Positions 1 through 14,060 of a stretch of DNA of 64,000 nt are shown one piece after another. Each line of letters opens with the position of its first letter. The first letter of the stretch is position 1. Location: contig NC_058368.1 of the NCBI RefSeq assembly GCF_018350175.1, positions 62,498,001 through 62,562,000 of the forward strand, read 5' to 3'. The translations under genes were made by a program, and so were the position numbers. The notes below the pieces were generated by a model. It saw nothing but the letters and a program-made list of their open reading frames with translations. It was not told the origin of the DNA and ran no database searches. This stretch comes from Felis catus. Lineage: Eukaryota.

Positions 1-659
1 TCAATTATTTAGAACTCTTGGTAGCCCTACTATAAAGAATTTTTTAATGTTTTCCACCCACAGAAATAATGTGTTTGTAGGTGCATGAAACTGTTAACAA
101 AATATTATTTCAAATTATGAAATAATAATTTTGTGCTCTACTAAAGGGTAACATTTCCACAAAGCATTGAATTCAAATATGGAATTATCTTATGATGACG
201 ATTCACTAAATATTGCATGTGTCCCACTTTCATTACATATTTGGTAGGCTGGTATTGAGAGATGAGAGAAGACAATCACAACTAGATTGAAGACATGAAT
301 GTATGTTAATAACTGGCTTATTAAAATCAGTTTCAAAATTTAGATTCAAAAATTAAGACTCAAGTTGTTAGTGAGTTACACTATGTGTAGTTAAGGGCTT
401 TCTTATTTTGCCAATATTTTTAAAACATCAGTGTATAAAAGCACCCATTCATAATCTTTTCTGGAGATCATATTTTAATGAATGTTTTAATGTCTTTCCT
501 TTTTAAATAAATATAGCAATATTAAAATTCACGTTTCTCTCCTTGAATCAAATTAAACACTCTGTATTTTTCTCAAATATAAATAGTAATAATAAGAAGA
601 AGAGATGGAAACTCTAGAAGTGAGAAATAGAATTTCTGAAATTAAAACTTTACTGGGTA

Positions 660-851
660 GAGGCACCTGGGTGACTCAGTTGGTTAAGCGTGCAACTTCG
701 GCTCAGGTCATGATCTCACAGTCTTGTGAGTTCAAGCCCTGCATTGGGCTTTGCACTGACAGCGCAGGGGCTGGTTGGGATTCTCTCCCTCCCTCTCTGT
801 CTGCCTCTTTCTCTCTCTTTCTCTCAAAATAACTAAATAAACTTTAAAAAA
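660..851 (+). mobile_element. Can-SINE
   Basis: Head 'ggcacctgggtgactcagttggttaag', B-box 'gagttcaagccc', CT tract, A tail; degenerate TSD tactgggtag / tactagggtag. Confidence 0.93.
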
Positions 852-1069
852 TTATACTAGGGTAGACTTAGCCAAATGAACAGGACAGAAGAATGACTAA
901 ATGAATTTGATAGAAGAACAGTAGAAACAATCCAAGATAAAGAACAGAAAGAAACAATATTTCAAATAATACCTGGGGCCTCAAGTATATGTTTAATGGC
1001 ATCACAAGGTCAAAAGTGCATGGAACTAGAATGACAGCAAAAGAGGATAGGACAGAAAAAAATTCTTTT

Positions 1070-1102
1070 AAAAAAATTAATTAAATGTTTTTAGTGTTTA
1101 TT

Positions 1103-1160
<58 letters not shown>

Positions 1161-1308
1161 TGCAAGTGGGGGAGGGGCAGAAAGAGAGGGAGGCTCCAGC
1201 TCTGAGTGGTCAGCACAGAGCCTGATGCGGGGCTTGAACTCACCAAGTGTCAGATCATGACCTGAGCTGAAGTTGGTCACTTAACCAACTGAGCCACCCA
1301 GGTGCCCC
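1070..1308 (-). mobile_element. Can-SINE with expanded (GA)n
   Basis: Ends 'gagccacccaggtgcccc'; long (GA)n at ~1106-1155; TSD-like agaaaa(a/c)aaaattctt on both sides. Confidence 0.95.
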
Positions 1309-1342
1309 AGAAAACAAAATTCTTAAAAGATGTCATGGGTGT

Positions 1343-1507
1343 GGGTGCCTGGGTGGCTCAGTCAGTTAAGCATCCTATTTCAACTCAGGTCACGATCTCA
1401 CAGTTTGTGGTTTTGAGCCCCACATAGGGCTCTGTGCTGACAGCTCAGAGCCTGGAACCTCTTCAGATTCTGTGTCTCCCTCTGTCTCTGTCCCTACCCT
1501 GCTCGTG

Positions 1508-1543
<36 letters not shown>

Positions 1544-1579
1544 AATAGATAAACACTAATTTTTTTTTTAATTAAAAAG
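1343..1579 (+). mobile_element. Can-SINE
   Basis: Head 'gggtgcctgggtggctcagtcagttaag'; TSD aaagatg(t/c)catgggtg at ~1326-1341 and 1580-1595. Confidence 0.95.
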
Positions 1580-2898
1580 AAAGATGCCATGGGTGAAAAC
1601 TTCCCAAATTCTTAGGAGAGGATTTGTAGATAGATATTGAAAAATAAAATTGAACATACAAATAGACCTGAACAAGGCCATACTAGGCACCTCATAGTCA
1701 AAGTGTTTAAAGTCAGAGATAAAAAGAAAATTGTGATAGCAGCAAAAGGAAAATGATATATAGAACACAATGGAACAGCAGTCCAATTAATGAGTCAATC
1801 AAAAATGATGGAGACAAGAGAGAGTGGACATTTTTAAACTGATGAAGGAAAAAAGATATCAATTCCAAATTGTAATTTCAGTGATAATATAATTCATGAC
1901 TGAGAGTAAAATAAAGACATTTTTGATAGAAATAAAACAAAAAGAATCTGTGACCAGAACAACTGAACTAAGAGAAAGCTCAACAAAATTGTTTCAGCTG
2001 AAAGGGAAAGGATACCAGATGGCCCTCTGAGTTCCTATAACGGAACAAAGAGCATAAGAAATGGTAAATAAATGCACAAATGCAGAAACTTTTCTTTTTG
2101 ACACTTTCGTATTTTTTTATAAAACATATAATTGACTAAGACTAAAATTATAACAGTCTTGGAGCTTTCTCATGTAAGTGTGTATTACATGTAATCATTA
2201 TAATGTAAAGACAGAGTGCAGTTTTGCCAATTTTTAAGATTATAATTTAAACTGAATCAGAGCACAGAATAAATGGAAACCTCTCCAAATAATTTTACGG
2301 AGTTTGTGATAAGAGTGCTCAAAAGTGAAATTATATTTAAAGTGTATCAGTTAGAGACCATATAAATTGGGATTTATTTTATTTATCCATTCTGAAAATC
2401 TCTGCCTTTGATTATTATATGTATGCAATAATGCATACATATATATGTGTAATTATTGATATGACTGGGTTTGTGCCTACTATTTTAGTTTGGTTTTCAA
2501 ATTTTGTCCTTTTTTTTTTTCTTTGTTGTTTCTCTGACCTTCCTTTCCAGTGTGTTTTTCACTATTTGGATGTTTTCTTAAATAGAATTTTAATTTCAAA
2601 ATTGTATTTTTGTGGTGGTTACACTGAGGTTTATAACATACCTTCAGGAGATCTCACACCTAAAGATATTTAATTTTGTTTCACGTGCATAATCATACAC
2701 AAAATGTAAGGGAAAGGTATATCCCATAAAGCATTCATTAAAATTATCTTACATTTTTCCTCATCAACACTCTGTACCCACTGAATTTCTTTTATACTTC
2801 TCCTTTCATGTACACAACAAAAAATTGCCCCCAGACTTTTTTTCTTTTCCCTAACTTGCTTTTTACCCCTTATCTGTTCCTCCCACTTCTACTGGTTC

Positions 2899-3097
2899 TT
2901 TTTTTTTTTTAATGTTTATTTATTTATTTTGAGAGAGAGAGAAAGAGAGCAGGGAAGGGACAAAGAGAGAGGAAGAGAGAATCCCAAGCGGGTTCCACAG
3001 AGCCTGACATAGGGCTCAAACCCAGGAACTGTGAAATCATGACCTGAGAGGAAGTCCAGAGTCCATTGCTTAATCAACTGAGCCACACAGGCACCCC
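2899..3097 (-). mobile_element. Can-SINE
   Basis: T tail, (GA)n, 'gagaatcccaagc', 'gagccacacaggcacccc'. Confidence 0.93.
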
Positions 3098-3400
3098 TCA
3101 CTTCTTCTTATTCTACTTCATAAAACCTCCAAACAATTTAGCACTTCAAGGATCCTCCTAGAGTTGGATTATAGTGAACAAAGAAAATATGGGAAGAGTA
3201 GAGTCTGTTGTCCTTCATCAACAAGGAAATGGGATCACAACTAAAAACAATCCTACATTATTTTGCATTGTGTTCTAATAAACATTTGTACAGACATAGT
3301 ATGGAATTATTTCAGATGTAAAGAGTCTCAGTTTTTACCACCCATTCTTTTCATTTGTATTTCCCATCACCCAATTTTCAGCTCTTTTATTATAATTAAC

Positions 3401-3655
3401 GTAGTAGAATAACATGATGCTATGTCACCAGCTTTAGACTGAAAGTGTCTGATTTCAAATGCAATTTTTATCATTTACCAGGCATGTAACCTTGGGAAAA
3501 TTACTTAGATACTCTGTTTTTGGTTCCTACTCTATAAAATGAGGAGAAGAATAGTAACTTACTCTTATAGCTGTCATACACATTAAATTAATGCACATAA
3601 TGTTCTTAGAAGGGTGACTAACATTTACGCTTCAGTAAATGATAGTATTTTATTT
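3401..3655 (+). mobile_element. MIR SINE
   Basis: Core-like 'catgtaaccttgggaaaattacttaga...ctataaaatgaggagaagaatagta'. Confidence 0.75.
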
Positions 3656-5689
3656 AGTTGGAATCCATCTTTAAGGATATTTTTGTCAACAGTGCTTCAG
3701 GGGAGGTCTATTTTATAAGCCTTTCATAAATAAAAATCTGTTTTAGTTACTCTTACAATTGAATACGTAAAAATAAATTGAGGGATCATAAAACTGGCTC
3801 TCAAAGCTGTAAAATCAGCTAGCATAATTCCATTTTCACTAGTGTTTGGTATTGCAGCACAGTCTCAGTTTACCCTGAATTTTATCTTTCTGCATACAAT
3901 TTTATCTACCTGAATGTTTTTTGTGATCATAATCCCAGTTGTATTTTTAGAGTGTCTCTATTGTATTGGCCTTTTAATTATCGTAGTTGCTTGAATTGTG
4001 GTGATCTGGCACATACTGGTGTGTACACAATTTTTATCTTATATATGAGAAAGACTCGATCCAAGCACATTGTGAATTTTAAAAATATTTTTGAGTTCTC
4101 CCTCAAAATCCAAATTTTCTATGTGTTGGGCCTTGTTTCCTGTTGTTACACATCATTTTCTTTCTCATCATGTTTATCCCTTTAAACTTATATTCTGTAT
4201 TCTGGGAATGCTATTCAAGTTTGCCTTCCATATTATTGATTTAATCTTTCCACAGAATCAGGTCTCTTCTACCCAAAGACTAGTTTCTTTTTCAGTTCTA
4301 CTGTTTCCATTAACTACTACTATGCCTCAGTTTACTGGCAAGCATTCATCATCCCTTCCTCATTTTGCTTTCTTAGCTTATTGTCTCTTTACAGAAGCAA
4401 AATTCATTCATAGTGATTTGAGTTAGGACAGTGACCTGAAACCAGATCCTGCATCCAAATGATTCTGCTTTAGAAGTATCTGCTTCTCTGGGTCTTTCAG
4501 ATTCATTTACTCTACCCTTTTATTTATTACGTTTTTCTAATTAGCTTTCTTCTAGACTCATTACTATTTCTGTGAAATGGTGAGATATGTCCAAGCTTAT
4601 TTTGAACACCACAGTTTATTTTGAATTATGTGGTATACAATACAAGACAATAATGTAAGACCAAGATTACAAAAATTGGCAAATGTGTGCAAGGTAGAAG
4701 GTGAATGTGGGAAAGAAAAACTACTAAACTCTTTGTATCATAAAATTTGTGTTGTATGGGAGGACATTTAAATCAATGCATGAGGAGTAATTCAAATCAA
4801 TGTTGTCTGGTTTATTACTTAACTCACATACTCACCTGGAAGGTAGATTTGAATATCTCCTAGTTTGCTGTCTATTATATAGCAGTATCAACCACATTTC
4901 CATTGACTTGTGTCTTTTTTCAATCCTCACTGCATGGGTCTTTTATATAAGTAGAACATGTAGAATATTTTGATATAAAGCTTCTACTTTTGCTTAAGTT
5001 ACTCTTCTATAATTCTTACATCATAGGACACTGACCATCCCTTTACTCAAAATGTTCCTATATTCTACACACATTGCAACTTACTAATATATATTCCCTT
5101 AATGCACAGTGTTTTAATCAGTTTTGCATTAACTCATTAAGTGAAGTTATTTTCTTTTATTACAAAAATATTTTGGTTGTTAAATATTATGCTGGCATTT
5201 CGAGTGGTGAAACAAGTAGTTCTCTGCATTACAAAATAATGAAGGAGGCCAGGTTTTCTACATAGGAGACAGACTAGATATTAGAACCAGTGGACAGATG
5301 GTAGGAGAGGCATGAAGTACCTTCTTATCTATTTAGTATGTTCTCTCTTTCATGGAGTAAAGCCTAGGTATGCCAAAACAAATGCCTAGGTTGGTTTCAT
5401 CTCAATCCCATTCCATCTGCTTTTTAATTAGTCCCGCCCAGATTTTGGTATTAATTGCTTATGAGTTTAGCTTCCAATGTTATTGAGAGTGTTTGGGCTT
5501 TTTTTCCCTATATTTGTATAGAATTTTTTAACGACACATCAGTAGTAGACGACTTAGTTAGATTCTGTTTTAAACTTAAGCAAGATGACTTCTAGATCTT
5601 AAATGTTGGATAATTGAATGAAGTAGTACAAATTATTGATTAAAAACCCATGTCAAAGTCAAGATGACTTAATTCTTTTCATCCTTCCA

Positions 5690-6200
5690 ACTAGTAGTTT
5701 AAATGACTATCATCTGCCAGCCATGTTGCATTTTCAATGGTGGGATGAGAACCATAAATGCTATCAGCTTCATGGGTTTGATATTTATTGAGAAAGCAGA
5801 TAAAATACAATCACACAAAAGATGAATTTAACTCTGATAAGTACAACAAAAAAAGGGTGGTGGATGGTAGCATATTTCAAGTAGATACGGTCTAGTTTGA
5901 CATCTCAGGGTAGAGACAATACACTGACATCCAAAGTTTAAATAGGAACAAATTATCATAGGGAAGAGATAAAATTACCACAAGTATTGATGGGCAAAAG
6001 TCTTGGGGTACAATGGAGCATGGTGTGCTAAAAGCTGCCAGATGGAGATAAAGCTGATTAATATTTGGCTAAGAGGAATATCTGTCAGAAATGTTTGAGG
6101 AGTCTTACTGGCAGTGTTAAATGCTTTATTCTTTATCTTAAGACAAACTAGACGTCATGACATGGCAAAAGCAGAGATAATTAAATTTAGTTATTTAATA
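5690..6200 (-). mobile_element. L2 remnant
   Basis: Degenerate antisense L2 3' region ('actatcatctgccagcc', 'cttcatgggtttgatattta'). Confidence 0.45.
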
Positions 6201-6262
6201 TGATTACATTCCCTAAAACTGTTCTTTCCATTAATAGCCACTGTGCTGACCAAGAAATTTGC

Positions 6263-6368
6263 ACTAGTCATTTTCAACTGTTCAATAGCCATATGCGACT
6301 GTTGGCTACCATATTGGACAACATAAATATATTTTCATCATTGCAGAGAGTTCTACTGGACAGTGCTG
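6263..6368 (-). mobile_element. MER3-like hAT-Charlie MITE fragment
   Basis: 'ggctaccatattggaca...catcattgcagagagttctactggacagtgctg' resembles the reverse complement of the MER3 terminus. Confidence 0.75.
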
Positions 6369-6472
6369 GTGTAGAGAATTTAGTGTGAATTATATGGGAA
6401 CCAGAAGGGGAACACTTAACCCAGCAGTAAGGAATCTGTTGCCCAATTCAGAGGTAAGAGGAGTTGGTATGG

Positions 6473-6740
6473 GTATCAGTTTACTAGAGTTGCTGTAACA
6501 AAGCACCATTAACTGTGAAGTTTAAGTAACAAAAATGTAGTCTTTCATAATTTCAAGGCTCAAAGTCTGAAATCAAGGTGTTCATAGGGCCATGCTCTCT
6601 TGGAAGACTCTAGGAAAGAGTCTGTTTTATGCCTTTTCCTTAGCTCTCAGCCTTGCCAGCAATCGTTGGCATTTTGGATTATGAATTTGCCACTCCAATC
6701 TCTGACTCTGTCATCACACGGCCTCCTCTCTAGGTATCTT
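6473..6740 (-). mobile_element. MLT1 (ERVL-MaLR) LTR fragment
   Basis: 'gctgtaacaaagcacca...aagtctgaaatcaaggtgtt...gggccatgctc...ccactccaatctctg'. Confidence 0.75.
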
Positions 6741-9700
6741 TGGGTATTTTGTTCAGTTCATAATTCACCAATGCAGTATCTTATATGTAGATACACGAAA
6801 CAGTCTTGCATGCCAAATTTTTAAAAAACATACACTGAGAGTGTATAGGTACTATAGAAATCTTTCAAGTTAGATTTGATGTTCATCTATCTCTTGACTT
6901 ACAAATCTACATCTTCTACCAGCTGGAAACAAGAATGCTAATTTCTAGAGCCATTTTGGATTTGGGACATAATAAACTTTTGTCTACAAAATGCAATCTA
7001 TCTAGGTATCACTTTTCACATGGCATCCCTCATCAAATTCTGAAAGTTTAACGTGGAGATCCCATACGCATTCAGTAAAGAACTGGAAAACCACTTATTA
7101 CATATGAACTAAATATATATTTCAATGAGCTATTTATGGTCCAGGAGATATTTGGAGTGCCCTCCCTTCCATTTAATAATCTGCCCAAGACATATCTATA
7201 TATCTGAAAAATACAAAACAAAGCCAATAAAACAAAGTAAATAAACCTCCATAATACTCTCAGTATTTCCAAATAATCTGGAGTGATCTGAAACAGGGTA
7301 ATGTTCTATTTCTTATGAAGATTTGTAGCAATCAGTCTGTACTATTCACTTGTTCAGCTCTTATTTAACAAATATTTGTTAAGCAACTATCCTGTCTCAG
7401 TGCATTCCTCATGGGCAAGTTGATTACAGGGACTCTTTCTTTTAACTCTCAATGACTTGCATGGAAGAGTCTTGTGTATTATTGCAATGTGCAGTTTGCT
7501 TTTTTTAAATTTATAGGTAACATGCACTTTATGCTTCCACAATATTTGTGCCTTGCCCATTTCATATATTAATTCTCACAATAAACCTATTTGATAAAGA
7601 TTATCATAATCATATTTAGAAGTGGGAAATATATGTCCAAAAAGGCAACTGACTTTCTAAATGCTGGTAAGAAGTAAAGCAGAGGTTGGATACAATGAAG
7701 ACTCATTTTGTGCTCTTCATTCATGAGTGCTCATGTAATATCTTGCTGTTTTTGATCTGCTCTGCTGATTCTATCTTGAAAATAGATGTTCTAACTTTTG
7801 TGACAGTAACTCCTCCATATATGTTACTGTCTGATCCTTGCTTTCACATTCAGGACCAATCTATGTTTGTTTATTGTTTTCAGACTTTGGAAAGACTGCC
7901 CTTTTATTCCTCATACCTCTTATTTTCTTTGATGCTCATTTCCATGGCCATGCTGCCATTATCCTTTGGATTTCTAAATGAAAGTAGTTGAAGGCATGAT
8001 GTACATTCAACTCTTGCAGATCATTTGTGACATTGGCTGCAATGAAACAGAAAATATCCCATCCTAACATGTATATAATTTATCAAGGAAGACACCTGCT
8101 AAACCAAAAATAATGAAATAAATATGGCAGGATTTAAAAAGACACATATGTGAAAGAAAGTTTTAGAAGATATGCCATCATACTTTCTCATTATTATTAC
8201 CCTTTGTACCATAAAATTTAGAACTTAATGCAGCTTAGATTTATTTTGCTTTGTTTTATTGTTGTTATACTTGTCTCCCTAATCAAGTTACAAATAATGA
8301 GACCTTCAGCTGAACTATACACCTAAAATCGTACTAGATAAATATTTGTTGATTATCACAATTAAGTGATAATGAAATTATATAGTTTAATTTTTGAATC
8401 AATTTAGCAACAGAAGAACATCATCATTAAATATTAAGTAAACATTCAGAAGCCAAATGAATATTTTAAATGGATTTACATTTCAAATTTGAATTTCACA
8501 TGGTAATGAAAGTATTTCACATTTTGTTAACTTAAGAACTATCATATTTATAAAGCAAATAACATAAGATGCACATATTTAACAAACAAAAACTTTGGAA
8601 GCCATCAGTGTGGAAATTAAAAAGCCTGTTTTATAAAAGCACTTAGAACTATAGAATAATACTTTTCATGTACCACAATGTGAAACTTGCATATTTCATG
8701 AAAATATAAGCCAAAGAGCAGCTGCTCTAATCAGAGTCATCAAAATGCAGTGGAATTTGTAAAAGAGGGGGTTTATCGACAGAATGTGTCATGGTCTGTT
8801 TGAACACAGCTGCAGTTTGGATTTTCAAGCTGACCCCCATCTGGATACAACTATGATGCCTTCTGAAAGATTCTCAACAGAGCTCAAATGACGAACAGAG
8901 TAGGTCGAAACAGAAGAACAGATGGTGAGGTAAGTGAACAGGACGATAATTTTCAATTATGAAAAGAAATCTTATTCCCTTGATTTCCTAAAAATATTCT
9001 ACTATTTGGAATTAATGCCCGATAATAAAGAACTTGCTTAGGGTTTTGAAGAAAAGGGATATGTGTGTGAATTAAAGTGCTGGAAAGTTGTTCCTTTTAA
9101 TAATATGTAGAGAGATGGTTTTAAGTACGTTTTCCTGACTTAGGAATCTGATTTTAAAGCATAGACAGTCATTAAGAAAATCCCCCTAGATGCCCACTAT
9201 TTAGTTTCTGACTGCAACTAAATTCTGGTTTTAAAGTAAGTGCAGACTAGACACATATCTTACTATTTTCTGTGATAGTTTACAATATAAAGTGTGCAAA
9301 ATTAAACCCCTGAATTTCACATTCTAATACAAAACCAATATTACTTTATAAATATTCTAGGTATCAGAATTTGAATTATAAAGTTATTATATAATGAATA
9401 CATAAAACATTGCATATATTGATAAAAATAAAGAGAAATTTTTAAACCACTAAAACTAATGCATGTTATAAACATCTATATATATATACATATAATTTGA
9501 ATTTTCTCTGCTACAAATTACAAGAAATGACAAAATTAAATTTCAAGTTTTTTGTGATTATACAATATAAGTATATTTTTGTTAGTGGTGACTAGAACCT
9601 GCCTATAAAATTATTGGGGATTTTATATATTGTCAGCATAATTCAAAATATTGGAACTTTTCAATTTAAAACACATTATTTGAATCTCATAGATTATTCT

Positions 9701-10874
9701 ATATAATTTATACTTTGAAAATTTCATAATTACTAAAATAAATGTCCTAAAGATAAAATTTTCTTTCTTATTTTTACACATTATAAACCTGTTTATTTAT
9801 AGTATGGTTTTATTAGCATTCACTGAATTTACACATTTTAATACTTGTATGACCTTTTGAGTCATCTGCATTGAACCAATGTATTTATGTGAATTTAGAA
9901 TATGCTATAACTACAGATTTATTATTTTTATTTTTTTGAAATATCACTAGAACACACAAGAAAATGTATGTGTTTCAACTACATTATTATTTCACAAATA
10001 ATGGTTGTTTTAGTACTTGCACCATATTTTCTGTCTTCAATAGTTGCAAACATTTACCTTTCAAGAAAGCAAAGAGCTTTGGAGAAAAAATCATCAATTT
10101 GTTCACAAGTTAAAACCAGTAATTAAATGTTTGGTAGAGCATTGAATTTGAGACCTTTTAGCCGCTCTTCTTTCTGATTATTTAGATTACTCTTTTGGCG
10201 TTGCTGAGTTTCTATTTCATTATTAATGCAAAAGGAGCAATCCACGTTGTTTTAAAAACTTGGGATAATGGATTTATGTAATCTACAAAGTACTTTAGAA
10301 ATTGCTATTACTTTTGTTTATATTATGATGTGATTGTGAATTAATGAGAGTTATGTTTCTAGACAGTATAAATTTGAAACTGAAGACAATGTGAAAAAGA
10401 AAATCCAAAACATACCGATCAAAAAAGGACTTGTGGCCTCAGGTTTGTCATAATCATCAAAGGCAATTTGGAAGTTAAGGTAACATGGAATTAAATAAAT
10501 GAAAGAAAGGCAGAGACACAGACCATCTAAAGAAAGTTGAAAGAATACAAAGTACAATAATGAGGTCTGTGTGAATTATTAAACCTTGGCAATTTTTTAT
10601 CTGTTAATGCAAAATTTACATTTTTTATTCTCTTACCAAGAAAATATATAGATTAATTGCTGCAGACAACTCATGTGAAAATGTATTATGCATACATTGT
10701 GTATTAAAAACCGCTTAAACATAGGCTTATAAAGACTTCTATATGTAACTATCATGTTAAAAATCAGTGTAAAACAAATTGTACTGACTTTATTTTTCTT
10801 AGTATTTAATAACATATCATTTGAACCACATATTATGTGAACTAGTCCATTAATTCACCCCTAAAATTATTCTT

Positions 10875-10906
10875 TTTTATTTTTTAATGTTTGTTTGTTT
10901 GTTTGT

Positions 10907-10945
<39 letters not shown>

Positions 10946-11104
10946 TTTTTGAGAGAATGTAAGCCAGGGAGACACAGGGAGAGAGACACACAGAATCTGA
11001 AGCAGGCTCTAGGCTCTGAGCTGTCAGCACAGAGCCCAGTGCAAGGCTTGAACCCATGAATCATGAGGAAACGATCTCAGCTGAAGTCGCTGAGGTGCCC
11101 CAGG
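10875..11104 (-). mobile_element. Can-SINE with deleted A-box region and (TTTA)n/(TTTG)n tail
   Basis: Perfect 15-bp TSD cctaaaattattctt (10860-10874 / 11105-11119). Confidence 0.92.
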
Positions 11105-11389
11105 CCTAAAATTATTCTTACTAGCATTTTCAGAGATAAGTGAAAGAACACACACTATTTGAGTATTTTCCACATACTCAGTGCCTTTGTATCTGCTACA
11201 GGGCAATCATTTTCCATTATCTAGATGCAATGTATATCTAGATCTGAGGCAATGAAAATCCCTTTAGAACATATGTTCTGTTCACTGCACACAGACTACC
11301 TTAATTCTCAACTAAGAGTTTTTACTGATCCCTAAAACTTGCTACCAAGAACAAAAGCAAAATGAACATTTTGCCTAACTAGCTAGCAT

Positions 11390-11860
11390 TTTATCTTACT
11401 ACTTAGAATGTTTAAATTCAAATTCCTTTACGTGTGTTACACAGCTCTTCAGGGTCCGAACTTTTCTTCCCCCCACAACCTTATCTATCTCCCCATCACT
11501 TCTTGCATTTTATACCCCAACACCTGAACTACTTACAATTCCCTAAACACAATAGTATTCATCTTGCCTCCCTGTTTCTTCACAACACATGCTCCATATC
11601 TACCTGGATGTTTCTCCCTTGCCTTCCCTTAACGGGTTAACTCTTACTTCTCCATCCAAGACGAACTTTTTTTTTTTTTAACTTTAGAAATTTTCTATCA
11701 CCTCCCAAATCTGAGTTTCAAACACTCACCTGTCCCTTTAGAACTGAGAGAGCATCCTCTTCTTGTATTCCTAACATCCACAGTTTAGGGGAGAGCAAGA
11801 GTATTCACTATGCATATTCAGAACTTTACAAACAGAAAGTACTTTATAAGTATTTGCTAA
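11390..11860 (+). mobile_element. L2 remnant
   Basis: Pyrimidine-rich L2-like 'ctgaactacttacaattccctaaacac...ctacctggatgtttctccc...aactcttacttctcc'. Confidence 0.6.
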
Positions 11861-11957
11861 TAATGTACATGATTTCTGATAAAATACATTAAATGTAGAG
11901 TTAGTCAATATTGAATGTGAGGAAGTGTTTTAATTAAACAGAATTAAAATATAAGTG

Positions 11958-12074
11958 GAACACCTGGATGGCTCAGCCTGTGGAGCATGTGATTCCTGAT
12001 CTCAAGGTTGTGAGTTGGAGCCCCACATTGGGCATAGAGATTACTTAAAAATAAAATCTTACAAAGAAATAAAA
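11958..12074 (+). mobile_element. Short, older Can-SINE without a CT tract
   Basis: 'cacctggatggctcagcctgtggagcatgtgattcctgatctcaaggttgtgagtt'; TSD taaaatataagtg (11945-11957 / 12075-12087). Confidence 0.9.
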
Positions 12075-13914
12075 TAAAATATAAGTGAGATGGGAGAAGT
12101 GGTCATTTGATAAGCAAACACATGCTAAAATTCTTTGTTAGAACTATTTATAGATCCAGCTGGTTTTATTTTTGTATTTGTATTTGTATGTATATGTGTG
12201 TGCGTGTGTGTGTTTGCTCAGCACACAAAAATCTTTTGTTGTATCATAAAGAGATAATGTATTTTGAGAAACTATTTCACATTTATTATTTCATGAAAGT
12301 ACCATTTTACATTACTATAGAGTTGTATTTATATTATGTACAAGGTACATGTGAAGCTCCTCCGATTAATCACAAAATAGCAGAAAGGAAAAATAAGAAT
12401 GAAGAAAATAACATACAGATATTATTATCTTTTAAAATTAGCAAAAATACCATTCTATTAAAATGTACTCTATCATGAAATGTTTCATAATATTCTACAT
12501 GAATACTAAAGATGTATCTCTTAACACATGAACTCTCCTACAATATAATACAATATATTTACTGGTTAGATGGCCAGAAATTATTGCCCAGATGCCCTTT
12601 CAAAAAGTTTCTCAGTTTCTCCCATCCCCTGCCCAAAAATAATTTAACCAAGTTAATGATCAGGAGGATAAATGTGTTCCATGAGATCAGAAGTGCTTTT
12701 TTTAATTTTAATTTTCATTAGTTCTGTATTTGCAAGTTCTTTGTTTAGGTGTAGAAGCCTTCATAAATATTAAGATTTTGTGTGTGTACATGATTCTAAC
12801 TATTATATGTCTAACTACTACCTTATCATCCATTGTGGGCAACATGACATCTGAACATTCTGTAAAATTTGTTAAAATACAAAAAGAAGAAAATACAATA
12901 ATAATTTTTCTATTAATTGGGTAGATTGCCAGTCAGGACTTAAATATTTAATTTAATAATACAGAAAAAGTCAGTTATTAAATATCTCTTAGGCTATTCA
13001 AGTAAGTAGCTACCAAATTGATCTAATTTATAGAGGTCCAGTTAGAAATGCATTACTATAGTTTAACACATACTAAATAACCACTTTTGTCATCTTGGTC
13101 TATAAATGTTCCCCATATATTATCATAATTATTATTTTACACTAAGGAAAATAAAGGGCCATATTAAATTATTAGATAACTTCCCCAAATTCAAATAAAA
13201 ATTTGTAGCAGAGCATACATTAGAATAGTATGCTTTCTGATTTTAAATTACCTGTTCTATTAGACAATGATACCTAAAATGTATGTTGTATGTAACTTCA
13301 GTTTTGAAGTGGTTTGCAGAAGAATGAAAAAAAGGTTAAAGTTCTGGCAATTGTGAGATAAAATATTTTACTGTTTCATTTATTAGTAGGAAGTTGTTCT
13401 AGCCAGAAGTTGTGATAAACATTCAAATTTTCTTCAATGTAGAAAATATGTGAGTAGCTAATTCCTTATTTATATAATATATTATACAAAAAGAAAAAAT
13501 CTGCTAAATACAAATTTTATGGAATTGGCACTTAGTAACAGGTATCAGAAGAATCATGTTATTTTATCTATAAAAACTTCAAAAGAAATCAGCTTCAGAA
13601 AGGGATCACATTTTCCTATTAGTTACTGAAACCTGGCTTTTAATTTGATGAACATGGCAGAAAATACTTTGACATAAAATATAATCACTAACCCTTAGGG
13701 AACGAGCCACTTGTACATTTCTTTCAGAATGGTTCTAACAAAATACACATATTTAAGCCATTTCAAGTTTATATAAATTTAATTCCAATGAAAAAAATAA
13801 TAATGGAATTTGTTTAAACGTAAAATGTAGAAAGAATATAGATATCCTCACTAAGCAAACTGTTGGTGAATACATTGAAAAACCATTTACTTTGATTTTT
13901 TAGTGATAAGTTTC

Positions 13915-14060
13915 TATATTTTCATCCATTCCATCCATCAACTCTTACTCACTAAAAGTCTGTTTTTCATCAGGCGCTATGCTACCTGTTGGGGATACAA
14001 AAATGTTTTAGTACACAATTCCTTTCCTCTAGAAAATAAAAGTAAGTGAGCAAAGCAGAG
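13915..14060 (-). mobile_element. L2 3' end
   Basis: 'ttcatccattccatccatcaa...caggcgctatgctacctgttggggatacaaaaatg'. Confidence 0.6.

Larger units (their letters stand above)
590..2230 (+). mobile_element. Ancient L1 (L1M-type) ORF1-region remnant interrupted by three Can-SINEs
   Basis: A-rich degenerate ORF1-like motifs: 'gaaaacttcccaaatt', 'ctaggcacctcatagtcaaa', 'gagagtaaaataaagacattttt'; boundaries approximate. Confidence 0.65.

Noticed and set aside
660..745. tRNA-like A/B boxes as tRNA genes (here and in the other SINE heads)
   Set aside because: Each continues into a Can-SINE body, CT tract and A tail, so they are SINE heads.
4825..4845. Consensus minus-strand donor CAG|GTGAGT
   Set aside because: No matching upstream acceptor with a pyrimidine tract found; expected by chance in 64 kb.
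11720..11755. 14-nt minus-strand micro-exon-like signal
   Set aside because: Lies in a degenerate L2 region, has a weak acceptor and no independent support.
12107..12478. 123-aa plus-strand ORF
   Set aside because: Runs through a (TG)n repeat and AT-rich, probably old L1-derived sequence; no protein-like features.
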